A stretch of DNA of 64,000 nucleotides. It comes from Lophium mytilinum (taxonomy: Eukaryota). The position numbers and the translations under genes are program-made. Shown piece after piece: positions 12,822 to 23,596 of the stretch. Location: assembly GCA_010093605.1 (NCBI GenBank), contig MU004188.1, forward strand, positions 1,119,673-1,183,672, in the 5' to 3' direction. Every line of letters starts with the position of its first letter. Within the stretch, counting starts at the first letter, position 1. The notes under the pieces are model-generated. The model saw only the letters and a program-made list of their open reading frames with translations. It was not told the origin of the DNA and searched no databases.

Positions 12822-15800
12822 ATGCAAGCTCGACGGACCACCACGTCGTCACCAGCCTTGCCCTCATCGCCTCCGACTGCTTTCCAGCACGAAGGCGAAG
12901 CAAGCCCTCTCACAGAGGCGCGCAGTGTGCCATCTCCGGCACAGACTCTGTGGACAGCCCACTCGCCAACCCAGACACTCGGCCACTCGAGTCCGGAGCT
13001 CCCCCCTCTGCCCTCTCTAGCATCGCTCGGAGGCGTCCCGCGTACCCCGTCGACTATTGCGAGGCACGAAGCTACCGACAGCACATACTACACTGCAAGC
13101 TGGGGATCTCCGTACCAGCGACCTCCTCCGGGATTTAATATCAGTTCTGCGCTACGCGACCATTTAGCTCCTGACAGCGACGATCTTGAGGACGCATCCA
13201 GCCTTCAATTCGGGCTCGAACATCTACTGCCCTCTCACTTGAACGAAGAGAACTCCTCGGATCCCCAATTTGGACTCGAGCATCTTCTCCCGTCTCCGCT
13301 GACAGAAGACGCTTCCCCGAACCAATTCGGCTTGGAACACCTGCTACCTTCTCGACTGCCTAGCAACTCGGTTTTAACGCCCACGAGACCTACGTTCTCC
13401 CCCATATCCGAGGTCCCTGAAGCCACTCCACGTCCTAGTGGTATCAGTTTTGGAGATACTCTCCCAGAGCAGCTGTTAAGCGATCCGACTGGTGTTTGGG
13501 TTCGCCAGTTCTTGAGTGGAGGTTGGAACAACGACAAGGCTGATTGGTGGACTGACGAGTCAAGCCACAACGAGTCCGGTGTAAAGAAAGACGAGAAGCA
13601 AGACAAGACCGAGGGTCAAGTCAAGCAAAAGAAAAAGGGGCACAAGTCGAGGAAGAGTAACCTGACACTGAAGCAGCAGGACTTCTGGGCTCACTTCAGC
13701 AAAGAACAAAAGGAACACTTTGGCAGGATGATGGCCTCGAAATACGCAGACCCTGTGCATTCCCGCAAGGGTTCTGAAAATAGTCAGCTATCACAGCCTT
13801 TACGCAGTCCGGCATCAGATAAAGCGCTACCTCCGCCTCCCAGAAGCGATGCCGCACTTTCGCCAAAGCTTCCTAGTGAACCTGAACATGCTATTCCCAA
13901 AGAAGCACCTGTTCGACCCCCATCGGCACCGCGTCCACGAAAGAGATTGCCATGGAAAGGGAAAGCCTGTTGGATCGGACTGCCCGCCGATCTTCCTAGA
14001 GGGAAACCGGGACAACCGCCAATGCCCCTCAGCTCGCAGGAGGTCGCAGCTCGTATGGAGTCTTTTGAACGAGCAGGCTATAATACCAACGGTTTCGACC
14101 ACTTCAAAGAGAGAGAAAGCGTTGTTGGACCAACCGGGTTAGCACAGGCTCGCGGTGTATATCCAGAGCCTAGCGACTATCAAGAGGAACGCAGTAGTGG
14201 GACTTTCCGAGTGCGGATACCAAACAAGGCAGAATGGGAAGCATATGAGAACTACCTCATGGAACAGAAGTTGGCTGCCCTTGGAGTCAGCATGGGCGGA
14301 GAGGAGGAGGAGGTCTCTCCTGCCATGTCTCGCAAGGCTTCATCCCAATACCCTGCGTTGCCGTTTTCCCCACCTCTGCCGACTTCGTCTGCTGGAAGTC
14401 AACGACTTGGACAGAATGGCAGTGTCATCTCTGGAACTTTCCCGCATGGACCTTCGCCAGCACACGGACATGCGTCTACCAGGTCGATTGCTTCCCCCAT
14501 ATCACCATTTGGCAACCAGCGACCAGGTATGCACATGCATCGGCACTCGACTTTTACAACTCCTGCCAACTTTGGACAATCGCAGCCTACGCCGCCAGGT
14601 CTCCCGGGATGGTCTCCTCAACAGTATTTCGGGCCGCAAGGGGTTTCACGAGGCGGATCGCCTGCGTTGTCGCATAGCAGGCCTGATCTGGCTGACCTTG
14701 CCTCTCCTTCGTCGCCGTTTGGCTTGAGGCCGAACCAACAGTTCCCATTCCCGCAGAAGGATGACCTCTTGGTTCAGATGCAACAGCAACAACAACGCTT
14801 GCAAGCTCAGCTACTTCTTCAGCAACAGCAGCAGTTGTTGAACAACATGAGGCCGTCTTCCACCCTTGCTGAGGTTCCCGAGGATGAGGCTGAGGAAGAC
14901 GAAGTAGCCGACATCAAGCAGTCCAACCAACCAGGCCCGCAGATTGCCGTCCCGACGCCTCGTGGTCATCAGCATAATATCAGTGAAAATCTCGAGCGGG
15001 AAATTCGAGATGCAGAGTACCATTTGGAACAGGCTATTGACAAGCAACTTGAGGAAGGTGGTGAGTTCAGCACGGAATCACCGTTCAATTTGAATTCTAG
15101 GAAGAACCAAATCAGCTCTCCTAATCCTCAAGCGGCTAAATCAGCATGGGAGGAGCCTCGTCCAATCCAGCAAGTCTTGCACCAGCCGCAGCCTCATAAC
15201 AGAGCTCATTCTCTCACCAAGCCTCAGCGGCCGCTGTCTATGAGCTTCAATTCTCAAAACACGAATGGTCAACGCGAGGAGCTGAGCGACGACGCGAAGA
15301 CGAACGGCTCAGAAGTAACGAACCCTAGTCTAGAAGAAGGCGAATTACAGGAGTCCGACCCTAGCTCGAAGCAACACTCTAAGAGCGCGTCTCAAGCTAG
15401 TGCTTCGTGGAAAGACTCAAAGCTCAACTTTGGTCGGCCACAATCTATCCACAGCAAGCACACCTCTACTTCGTCGATTTCGAGACTCAACGTGGAGGCT
15501 AAGGAATTCAAGTTCAACCCATCTGCTTCCTTCAATCCCAGCACGTCTACTTCCAGTCCTAACACTTCTTCGTTTGGCGGCTTCGCATTCCAGCCCGCCA
15601 TCAACAAGCCTATCGGTCAACGTCCCCAGCCTGTACCCAGAAGTAACAATGCTAGCATCGATGGTCTCGGGAGTGGCTTGAACGTCACCGCGCCTGCTTT
15701 CAAACCCACTCTCGGGATGAAAGCACCGGCGTTGCCCTCCAGCAACTTCGACTTCCTTTCAAAGGGACCCGATTTCAAGCCGGACGTCCCCGCATTCACC

Positions 15801-18800
15801 CCATCAGCTGTTAGCCCTGCAGTTGTACAGAGTCCAGCGGTCGCTGCTGGAGCTAACGGACCGTCTAAGATATTTGGCAACTTCAACATGAATGCTAACG
15901 ATTTCGTTAAGCCCGCTAAAAGGTCCAAGGCCGTCCCGATCGTCATGCCAGATACTACCCAACAGCCGGTCGAAGAAGTTGCGGACAAGGAAGACGAGGG
16001 GGGTCGGATCACCCAGCCTGAGGGTCGCGAGAAGCGAGCGCGCCACGGTCGTGATGATGGAGAACAGGTGCCGCAGTTCGCTATGCCTTCGTATCCTCTT
16101 GGTGAGGCGTCTCAAAACCAAGGAGCGAAGCAAACACCTGAAACTGAGCGAGCTATCGTGCCAGAGGATAAAGAGAATCTTTCTCCTAATAAGGAGCAAA
16201 TTCAACCCAAAGCCAGGTCTCCTCAACCGTTTTCTGCAGCCACTCTTCAACGAGAAGGCTCATCATTCGGTCTTGGTACACATACGCCGAAAACCGACGA
16301 CGTTTCGGATGCTGCATCAGGCACGAAGACGCCTACGGAAGCTGAACCGCAGCACGACGTGGAGAAAGTCTCCCCATCTGTGGAAGAGCAACCGAAGCCA
16401 TTCACAAAGAAGCATGCAAGCAAAGGCTCCCTATCGGCTACTGCAAAGCCCTTCGAATATCGACCTCAGTTCGGCTCTGGCTTCGACTTTGGTATTCATG
16501 TCCAGAAACCTTCTGTGCCTAAGAGTCCCGAGCTTGATACTTCGCACGTCAGTTCTCCCCGTCACGTCAGCCGGAGCCCTGCAACGACTTTCCGACCGAG
16601 TGACGATGGATCGTACAAAACTGCACCTGAACCTCACAAACATCGGGTCCCATATCCGGAGAGTGAAAGCATCGATTATGATTATGTGCAGACATTCGAC
16701 GAGATTGACTCTGTCATGAAGCATCTCAACGAGGAAGGTTCGGACTTTGGTGTTGAGAGAGATTCCAACTCATGGGACCAGTCTAGTCCTCGACGATCTC
16801 TTCACGACTTTGAACGTTTACAGCCAAATACTCAAATGCGCAGCGATGCGCCCAGCCCTAGTCCTCGACGAATTTATGCTCATATTCCTGCGCCTGGAAC
16901 TCTGCATGCCTCCTCAACGTCTATCACGCATGATCCATTCAGTGACGAACGAGCCGGAATGGCCTATGAGTCACCTGTTCACCGTCTCAACAACGCCGAC
17001 GAGGTGCCTGTCAGTGATTGGGATGAGGGCATTACCTCAGAAGGAGAGGACAAGATTCAGACTCGTAGCCGATTCTTTGACAGCCACGTTGATGGGCTCA
17101 TCGGTCGTCTGTTGCAAAACCGGCTAGTTCCTTTAGAGAGGAATCTTCAACTCATCCAAGACTCTATCTCCACAATGGGACTGAAGGGCGGAAGAGGTCG
17201 ACGCAGCATGTCTACCAACGACCGCCTGGACAGCGACGCTGATGACGAAGATGACGATGCTGATGTTCATTATCGAAACCGGTCTCCCAGGAAGGACCGC
17301 AAACTCGAAAAGATTCGTGCTATCGTCATGGAGGCGATTGCCTCTCAGCCACAACACTCAGCAGACTCTGCTGTGGTGCCAGCCCAGCCTGCTCTTGATC
17401 TTACGGAGTTACAAGAAGCGCTTGGTGACATCAAAGCTTCAATTATTTCCGTACCGTCTCAACCTCCTGTAGATCTATCGGCACTTCAAGAGGCTCTCAC
17501 CGAAATCAGGACCTCAATTGCTGCAGTACCAGCTCAGCCCCCGGTAGATCTGTCCGAGTTGAACAAGGCGCTCGATGAGATCAAATCATCGGTTGTATCT
17601 GCACCACCGCAGCCGCCTGTGGATCTTTCTGAATTCTACCAAGCTCTTGGTGATGTGAAGGTTTCCTTTGCTCAATCAGCTTCGTCCAGTGTGCAACCTG
17701 AAGACTTCAGGGAAATGATCGAAGATGTCTTGAAACGCCAGAGTACTGAAATGGTACTCCACCGAGACAACAAAGCGGCGGAAGAAAGCGAGCTTCGCGT
17801 TGCAGATCTTCAGTCCATGGTCAAAGAGGCCACTCTACGTGTGGACGCGGAGGTTGAAGCTCGTAAGGCCATCGAGGCTCGCGAGATTAGTACTCAGCGT
17901 CTGCTTAAGGTCACCGAGGAGGAACTTGTTCTTCTTAGAGAAGCTGCCCGCGATGATGAGCACAAAATGCGTGCGATGGACGAAGAGATCCACGATTCCC
18001 GTGCAAAGATTTCTGCGTTGCGCGATGCTGAGGAAGACCTTCGCGATCGACTCTCTTCATTGGCTAGTGAAAATGAGCAATCAAAGCTGAAGGCAATTGC
18101 CTTCGAATCGTCAGAGGAAGACTTGCAGAAGAAGTTGACTGGAGTGTCCGCCGAGAACGAAGCTCTACAGTTTACGCTCGAAGAGTACCGCTTGTCTAGC
18201 GATAAGTGGCGACAGGAAATCCAGCAAGCCAACGCGGAGAAAGAAGAGATGAAGAAAGCCGTCGATGCATCGCTATTCCAAGCCGAGGAGGCTCAACGTA
18301 TCCGCGAGTCTATGCGTACCAAGCTGGAAACTATCCAGAGAGACATGTCAATTGCGTCTGGTCAAGTGTCTGCGGAGAGGGCGCAATGGCAAAAGAGCGA
18401 CCAGGAGCACATGACGCGGTACGAAATACTTAGTGCCAGAATTGAGGCTGAGGGTCGTACCAGGGAGAGACTTGAGAGAGAGCTCGAGAGACTGGAAGGC
18501 CAGGAAAGAGAAGGGATGAGGATGAAGGTCACTCTCGAGCAAACTCAGAAAGCCAACGCTAGACTCGAGGATGCTGTAAATGCGCTCAGGCATCAAAGCG
18601 ACCAGCACCAACGGGCCGCCGAGAAGTATGAACGTGATTACCAGGAGGCAAGAGAAGCAGGCCGCGTCGAAGTACAGCGAACTCGCGTGCTCATGGAGGC
18701 TGACATTGATGTTGCCAATAACCAGGTTAACATGGTGCGAGCTGAAATGGAGCATGAGATTTCTAGACTCCGGTCTGAGATGGATAACGTCCGCATGGAT

Positions 18801-20069
18801 GCCGATACCGCAAAGGCCCGAAATGAGCTTTTGTTGGAAGAGGCAGCCGACTCCAAGCAACAAGCGTTGGACGAAGCGTTGAACGCAAGGAGATCAGCCC
18901 TGCAGGAGCAGGAACGCACTTTTGAACGACGCATAGAGCTTCTCCAGAAGGAAAACAGCAGAGCCCTTGACATGGCGGTTGAGGACAAGGACAGGTCCGA
19001 GTCCTATCTGAAGGAACGCTTGAGTTTGTCAGACGCCAAGTTGGAGCATCTACAAGATAAGATTGCCCATCTCGAAGAGAAGGTCTCCGTCGCTCAGTCG
19101 GCCGCCCAAGCTGCTGCCCAAGCGGCTCAATCAGCCAAAGCGCCCAATGCTTCTGCATCGCAGCACGGCCATACTTCTAGGCAACCCGAAAAGATCTCAC
19201 CTCAGGCCTTGCGCGAGTCAATCGCTGTTCTGCAAGAGCAGCTTCAAGAGCGCGAGACTCGCATCGAGTCTCTCGAGCACAAGCTCGAAGAAGTCGATTC
19301 TGAGGCGCCTGCGAAGCTGAAAGAGCGCGAAACCGAAGTCGGCTGGCTGCGTGAGCTACTCGGCGTACGCGTCGATGATCTATCTGAGCTCATCAATGCC
19401 CTCGCTCAACCAGCTTTCAGCCGGGAGGCCGTTCGTGACGCGGCCATTCGCATCCGCACGAATCTTCAAATGGAACAGCAGGAGAAGGAGAGATTAATGA
19501 CTGGCGGCCAGAACTTCCCAGCCATCGTCAATAGCTTGTCGAGCTTTGCAACATCGAACTTCTCTTCGCCAAAGGCAGGTGCACTAGCAGCTGCGGCTGC
19601 ATTCGGCAACTGGCGAAAGGGCGGGAACACAGCATCGAGCTCCCTCTCAACCGCCTCTGCGAACACATCGCGTACGCCAACGCCCTCTCGTAACGCTCCG
19701 CGTCCCGCTCCTGTTCCCTCGACGCAGTCTTTCCTTTCGGGTCTCATGACCCCGCCGACCTCCAACCTCCGCCGCACGCCACAGACTCTGTCGGCTGTCC
19801 ACCCGCGACAACCGTACTCCGGCTCCAACTCTAGCAGCAGCACCTTTCGCGGCTCGGACGCTGGGTTTCCGGCCCTAGGCAAGCAGGCCGTGGGTGGTGC
19901 GGAGCTCCACGCACCATCTACACCGCCGCTGCTGCGCAATGCGAGCTACGACCAGGATGCCGAGGGGTACAGCGAGAACGGCTACTATGACGACGAGGAG
20001 AGCACCGTGGACGGGAACCCTGGCGATGCGGTAGGCTTCGAGGGATTCGGACCCGGGCTTCACCGGTGA
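12822..20069 (+). CDS. 2415-aa intronless fungal protein: disordered S/P/Q-rich N-half with several PAM2-like motifs and a long C-terminal coiled coil (family often auto-annotated 'myosin class II heavy chain', but no motor domain is visible)
   Basis: 7.2-kb uninterrupted ORF; heptad-rich E/K/R/L/A region ~17760-19500; SRLNVEAKEFKF-type motifs; no P-loop/GESGAGKT myosin motif. Confidence 0.9.
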   Translation: MQARRTTTSSPALPSSPPTAFQHEGEASPLTEARSVPSPAQTLWTAHSPTQTLGHSSPELPPLPSLASLGGVPRTPSTIARHEATDSTYYTASWGSPYQRPPPGFNISSALRDHLAPDSDDLEDASSLQFGLEHLLPSHLNEENSSDPQFGLEHLLPSPLTEDASPNQFGLEHLLPSRLPSNSVLTPTRPTFSPISEVPEATPRPSGISFGDTLPEQLLSDPTGVWVRQFLSGGWNNDKADWWTDESSHNESGVKKDEKQDKTEGQVKQKKKGHKSRKSNLTLKQQDFWAHFSKEQKEHFGRMMASKYADPVHSRKGSENSQLSQPLRSPASDKALPPPPRSDAALSPKLPSEPEHAIPKEAPVRPPSAPRPRKRLPWKGKACWIGLPADLPRGKPGQPPMPLSSQEVAARMESFERAGYNTNGFDHFKERESVVGPTGLAQARGVYPEPSDYQEERSSGTFRVRIPNKAEWEAYENYLMEQKLAALGVSMGGEEEEVSPAMSRKASSQYPALPFSPPLPTSSAGSQRLGQNGSVISGTFPHGPSPAHGHASTRSIASPISPFGNQRPGMHMHRHSTFTTPANFGQSQPTPPGLPGWSPQQYFGPQGVSRGGSPALSHSRPDLADLASPSSPFGLRPNQQFPFPQKDDLLVQMQQQQQRLQAQLLLQQQQQLLNNMRPSSTLAEVPEDEAEEDEVADIKQSNQPGPQIAVPTPRGHQHNISENLEREIRDAEYHLEQAIDKQLEEGGEFSTESPFNLNSRKNQISSPNPQAAKSAWEEPRPIQQVLHQPQPHNRAHSLTKPQRPLSMSFNSQNTNGQREELSDDAKTNGSEVTNPSLEEGELQESDPSSKQHSKSASQASASWKDSKLNFGRPQSIHSKHTSTSSISRLNVEAKEFKFNPSASFNPSTSTSSPNTSSFGGFAFQPAINKPIGQRPQPVPRSNNASIDGLGSGLNVTAPAFKPTLGMKAPALPSSNFDFLSKGPDFKPDVPAFTPSAVSPAVVQSPAVAAGANGPSKIFGNFNMNANDFVKPAKRSKAVPIVMPDTTQQPVEEVADKEDEGGRITQPEGREKRARHGRDDGEQVPQFAMPSYPLGEASQNQGAKQTPETERAIVPEDKENLSPNKEQIQPKARSPQPFSAATLQREGSSFGLGTHTPKTDDVSDAASGTKTPTEAEPQHDVEKVSPSVEEQPKPFTKKHASKGSLSATAKPFEYRPQFGSGFDFGIHVQKPSVPKSPELDTSHVSSPRHVSRSPATTFRPSDDGSYKTAPEPHKHRVPYPESESIDYDYVQTFDEIDSVMKHLNEEGSDFGVERDSNSWDQSSPRRSLHDFERLQPNTQMRSDAPSPSPRRIYAHIPAPGTLHASSTSITHDPFSDERAGMAYESPVHRLNNADEVPVSDWDEGITSEGEDKIQTRSRFFDSHVDGLIGRLLQNRLVPLERNLQLIQDSISTMGLKGGRGRRSMSTNDRLDSDADDEDDDADVHYRNRSPRKDRKLEKIRAIVMEAIASQPQHSADSAVVPAQPALDLTELQEALGDIKASIISVPSQPPVDLSALQEALTEIRTSIAAVPAQPPVDLSELNKALDEIKSSVVSAPPQPPVDLSEFYQALGDVKVSFAQSASSSVQPEDFREMIEDVLKRQSTEMVLHRDNKAAEESELRVADLQSMVKEATLRVDAEVEARKAIEAREISTQRLLKVTEEELVLLREAARDDEHKMRAMDEEIHDSRAKISALRDAEEDLRDRLSSLASENEQSKLKAIAFESSEEDLQKKLTGVSAENEALQFTLEEYRLSSDKWRQEIQQANAEKEEMKKAVDASLFQAEEAQRIRESMRTKLETIQRDMSIASGQVSAERAQWQKSDQEHMTRYEILSARIEAEGRTRERLERELERLEGQEREGMRMKVTLEQTQKANARLEDAVNALRHQSDQHQRAAEKYERDYQEAREAGRVEVQRTRVLMEADIDVANNQVNMVRAEMEHEISRLRSEMDNVRMDADTAKARNELLLEEAADSKQQALDEALNARRSALQEQERTFERRIELLQKENSRALDMAVEDKDRSESYLKERLSLSDAKLEHLQDKIAHLEEKVSVAQSAAQAAAQAAQSAKAPNASASQHGHTSRQPEKISPQALRESIAVLQEQLQERETRIESLEHKLEEVDSEAPAKLKERETEVGWLRELLGVRVDDLSELINALAQPAFSREAVRDAAIRIRTNLQMEQQEKERLMTGGQNFPAIVNSLSSFATSNFSSPKAGALAAAAAFGNWRKGGNTASSSLSTASANTSRTPTPSRNAPRPAPVPSTQSFLSGLMTPPTSNLRRTPQTLSAVHPRQPYSGSNSSSSTFRGSDAGFPALGKQAVGGAELHAPSTPPLLRNASYDQDAEGYSENGYYDDEESTVDGNPGDAVGFEGFGPGLHR

Positions 20070-21395
20070 GAGAAGTCCGGATGAAGAAGCAGAAGAGAAA
20101 CTATAGTGGAGGAAGTGCCTAAACAAGGCGGAAGAAGAATTCAACACAACCCTATTTTCCTATGTCCAGATCCCCATTTCCTTGCGTTTTCAATGGTTCT
20201 TTTCACTGTTCAAAAGCTCGTGCTGGTTCGAGTGCCCCCTCTCTCTCTCTGCTTACTTTACATTATCGGAAGATAAACATCGTATCCGTCGCTTTTTTTG
20301 ATTTTGCTCGCTAGTTTTGCGTCGCGACGGAAATACCCCTCCCCCAAATATCCCGAGATTGAAGATTTGAACTCTTTTCTTTTCATTATCATGTTGAGTG
20401 TTTATACCCACACCATACCCCTGCCCTATACTACCCACATATAGTTGGACTGAAATTGTAATACAGTTAGTTTCGTATATTTTATTACTCGTTTGTTTTG
20501 TTGTTTGTGTATGTGCATAGCGCTGGGGAAAAGGGATCTAGGCTGAAGAGGTGCGAGTGTGTTTAGTTTTAGCTAATAGGATTTATATGTCTATCTTTTG
20601 TTATGTCTTGGTGAACTGGCCATCCGGAAATGTTAATAGTAGCCGGCCTCGTGGGCTTGGGACGGGATAGGGGTTGCGTAGTATGTCGTGCTCTTACCTT
20701 CCACTTCCTTCCCATCACCGTCATTGAGCAGAAGCATTGCATCTTATCTGACGATCCATAGAGATTGTTGGTATCGCACCAAATCAGTGCTCGTCACCAT
20801 CGCCCTCATGCACCAAAGCCAGCGACACTCCCGGCCCTCTTCCACCAGCTCCAGCCATCGAACCTTAGCACATGTGAAGTTGACAGTCACGCCACCATGC
20901 ATCTCTGTTTTAGTTGTTTGGACACCACCTCCACCGCCTCAACTCCATCGGTTTGCCATGTTCGCGGTTTCGACCAGTCCACCCACAGGCCATAATTCCG
21001 TTTCACACTTCGGTTTTGATCCACAAACTCTCCACCACATCGAATCCCCACAGGTCTTTAGTTGTTGATGCCCAGCCCACTCCATAGGGTATGTCTTGCT
21101 GTATTTTTGATCTCCCACCCCGACTCCTTGGGGAAAGAAGAACGAAGAAGGACGGGCAGGCGGCCTTAAGTAGGCGAAAGAAAAGGACTGCTGAGTCAGA
21201 AGTGTGGTGGTCATGTGCGCTGGTCTGGTTTCACGGGAGTTGGCTAATAGAGGCAAATAGTAGAGGACCTTCCTTCCGGATTGCTGGTAGGAGGCTGGGT
21301 CACCCTCATCGAACACGAAGGCAGCAGGTTGATTAGAGGCATTTAGGGCCGCTTAAGTCAATGCATTGGAAAACGTTGGATGATGGTGAGCAGGA

Positions 21396-21964
21396 GTGCA
21401 CAGAATTGTGTCCTGGCGCTGTAGAGTTGCGAAGCGTTCCTTATGTTACGGTGTCATGAAGCTGCTGCTCGAAACTCGACGAGTAGACGTGGGCACTAAG
21501 AATGAAAAAACACTGAAGAAAATGCTCTTTACCCGACCGCCATTAATGGCCTGGGTGGTAGAGATGGCGCCGACGCCGCCATGCTTCTGCTCGACCACGG
21601 TGCGGACGTGAATAGCGTTACTACTGCTGATAGCTGGCCTGCGTTGCATTAATCTGCACTATTCCTTAGTACCGAAGAGATGATGCGTTTACTCATTAAA
21701 CGAGGAGCTGAGGTTGACGCAAGAGGGGGTAGAGGCGAGCGTGCGGAGCGATATGTCGTGGGCTTATGGGGCGAGACCGCGGGACGAGATTCAACACCTT
21801 TGCATTATGCAGCAGCGAGGGGGCACGAAGGGAAGATTGAAGTTCTCCTAGAAGCTGGTGCTAAGCTTGATCTTTTGGTTTAGGGAGGTCGAACACCGGA
21901 GCAGAGGGCTTTGGCTGGAGGTCATAACGAAGCTGCGGAATTGTTGAAGTACCAACGTGCGTAA
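21396..21964 (+). pseudogene. Ankyrin-repeat pseudogene (one frameshift, two in-frame stops); 5' extent uncertain, may start near 20960
   Basis: Reading across lesions gives MKLLLETRRVDV...(frameshift at A6, 21505-21510)...ENALYPTAING...LLLDHGADVN...PALH*SA...LLIKRGAEVDA...TPLHYAAARGHEGKIEVLLEAGAKLD..*GGRTPEQRALAGGHNEAAELLK. Confidence 0.8.
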
Positions 21965-22840
21965 TCAGACGGTCCATTGCAGCGATGGCGTTAGGCAGTG
22001 AAAGACTTCGTTAATGTAAGGTGGTTATTACTATTCATCAGCACTACAAATGCACACCTCTCGAAACAAATCTAAACACCACTTCAGACTACCCATTCTT
22101 TATCTACTATCAATATAACTGATACCCCTCATCGCCATCGCTTACCATTAACCACATCCCTTATTAACTTCATCTTCAGGTTTTGAGCACCCATCACGCC
22201 CCTTCGCCGTTCGGACTTATCATCATCGTATTGAACCTCCACTGCCATGTGTTGTATTGCAGGCCATAGCATCTATATTATTGCAGAGCGCGATGATGAC
22301 GTACATGAGCTCCCTGTTTGCTGCCGGTAGCGATTGCTATAGGTGACTGTTATCATCCAACACCATGGAACCCTGATGATAAGCAATTTTTCCCACCATT
22401 CTTCCTCCCCGCAGAACCATGATGGGTAGGTGAGTTTTTAGTTGATCCTCTCCTCCCACTCCGTTCATAGATGTCCGTGTCGGTTTTGCCAGCCCGACCA
22501 CAACCCACTGGCAATGGTAGCCTGTTTTTCTGAACCATCATAGTCGAACCTAGGTAGTTGCACAGCCCAACGGCGAACGCATCGGAAGCTCCCGTCGCAG
22601 GTTTGAATGCCCGACACACTCCATCACGGTCTTCGTTTGGGTTTTTTGAACCACGGATTCCAAACCCTTCCTTCCCATGGAAAATGAAGGAAGATGGGGA
22701 GTGGTGGGGCTTTTATACGCAAAGGAAGAGGTTGCTGAGTCATCGTCACACGTTCAGCTGCAAGTCACGTGATCAACGATGCTTATCTAGATGTTGAAGT
22801 CAAGAAAACTACTGACTAGATTTCAACAAAAAAGAGAAAA

Positions 22841-22963
22841 GGAGATCGCTCCGCGGCTCGAACCGAGACCTCTCTTTCTCACTCACAAAAGGCAAAAAAA
22901 GGTAGAAATTGGTTACCATAAGTGCAGCATGGTGTGAGCTCTAACACACCGAGCCATTGCTGG
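22841..22963 (-). pseudogene. Decayed tRNA-like sequence (A box, B box, oligo-T), probably a tRNA pseudogene or tRNA-derived SINE relic
   Basis: Minus strand has TGGCTCGGTGTGTTAGAGC (D-arm GCTC/GAGC), CTCACA...TGTGAG pairing, GGTTCGAGCC, then TTTTCTCTTTTTT. The acceptor stem does not pair. Confidence 0.35.
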
Positions 22964-23059
22964 CTATGGTTGGATGGGCTATGTCAGCGCCCCGCACGGC
23001 GTCTAGGATACTCTGCAATGTGCAATGCATTTGATCCCAATTTCTGGATTCTCTGCGGT

Positions 23060-23161
23060 GTGCCGTTTGGTGTAGCGTGAGCTGTAACACCACTCAACTC
23101 CCAAGGGAGGTCCTACCCGGACTTTTAACGAGTGTGTCATGTCATCGCCCGGCACGGTGCA
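23060..23161 (+). pseudogene. Degenerate intron-containing tRNA-Gly(CCC)-like relic lacking a T-loop/B box
   Basis: Acceptor GTGCCGT/ACGGTGC+A, A box TGGTGTAG, D-stem GTGT/ACAC, CT-CCC-A at 23098-23103, partial anticodon stem ACTC/GAGT; no GTTCRA. Confidence 0.35.
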
Positions 23162-23596
23162 TCAAATCCTTTTGGATACCATCAAAATATTATGGTATTT
23201 ATACTCCAAAAAACTGCTTAGCTCACTTTCACGTGGCAACCCACGGTAGCCACCCGATCTTTCTCACACTATGGTTTTCCCGAGTACCTACGGCGCTGGT
23301 TGAAAACTATTCAGAAGACGTAGTGCATAGAGTTATGCCGTCGCTATGTACAAGACATATCAACACTCCGCAATGGCACTCCTTGATTGACAAATATCTC
23401 TATTCGTTATGCCGATACCTAGCTTTCAAATGCTAGAGGCGTTGGATACTACTCGGCATATCCCCATCCCTCCCCCAGCAGAACGCCCAGATATGCATGC
23501 TCGCAGATATATAGCGGTATAGCCATACCGACCTCACTTAACGCTCCTACAAACCCTCACTTTTCATAGCCGTCATAAGTCCCAAATCCTCCCGAA

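Noticed and set aside
12822..20069. True myosin heavy chain
   Set aside because: No motor-domain P-loop/switch motifs or IQ repeats; only the coiled coil is myosin-tail-like.
22176..22226. Box C/D snoRNA candidate on minus strand (ATGATGA...GTGATGG...CTGA)
   Set aside because: Only ~51 nt from C to D, weak terminal stem, and no rRNA guide I can recognise; snoscan could revisit.
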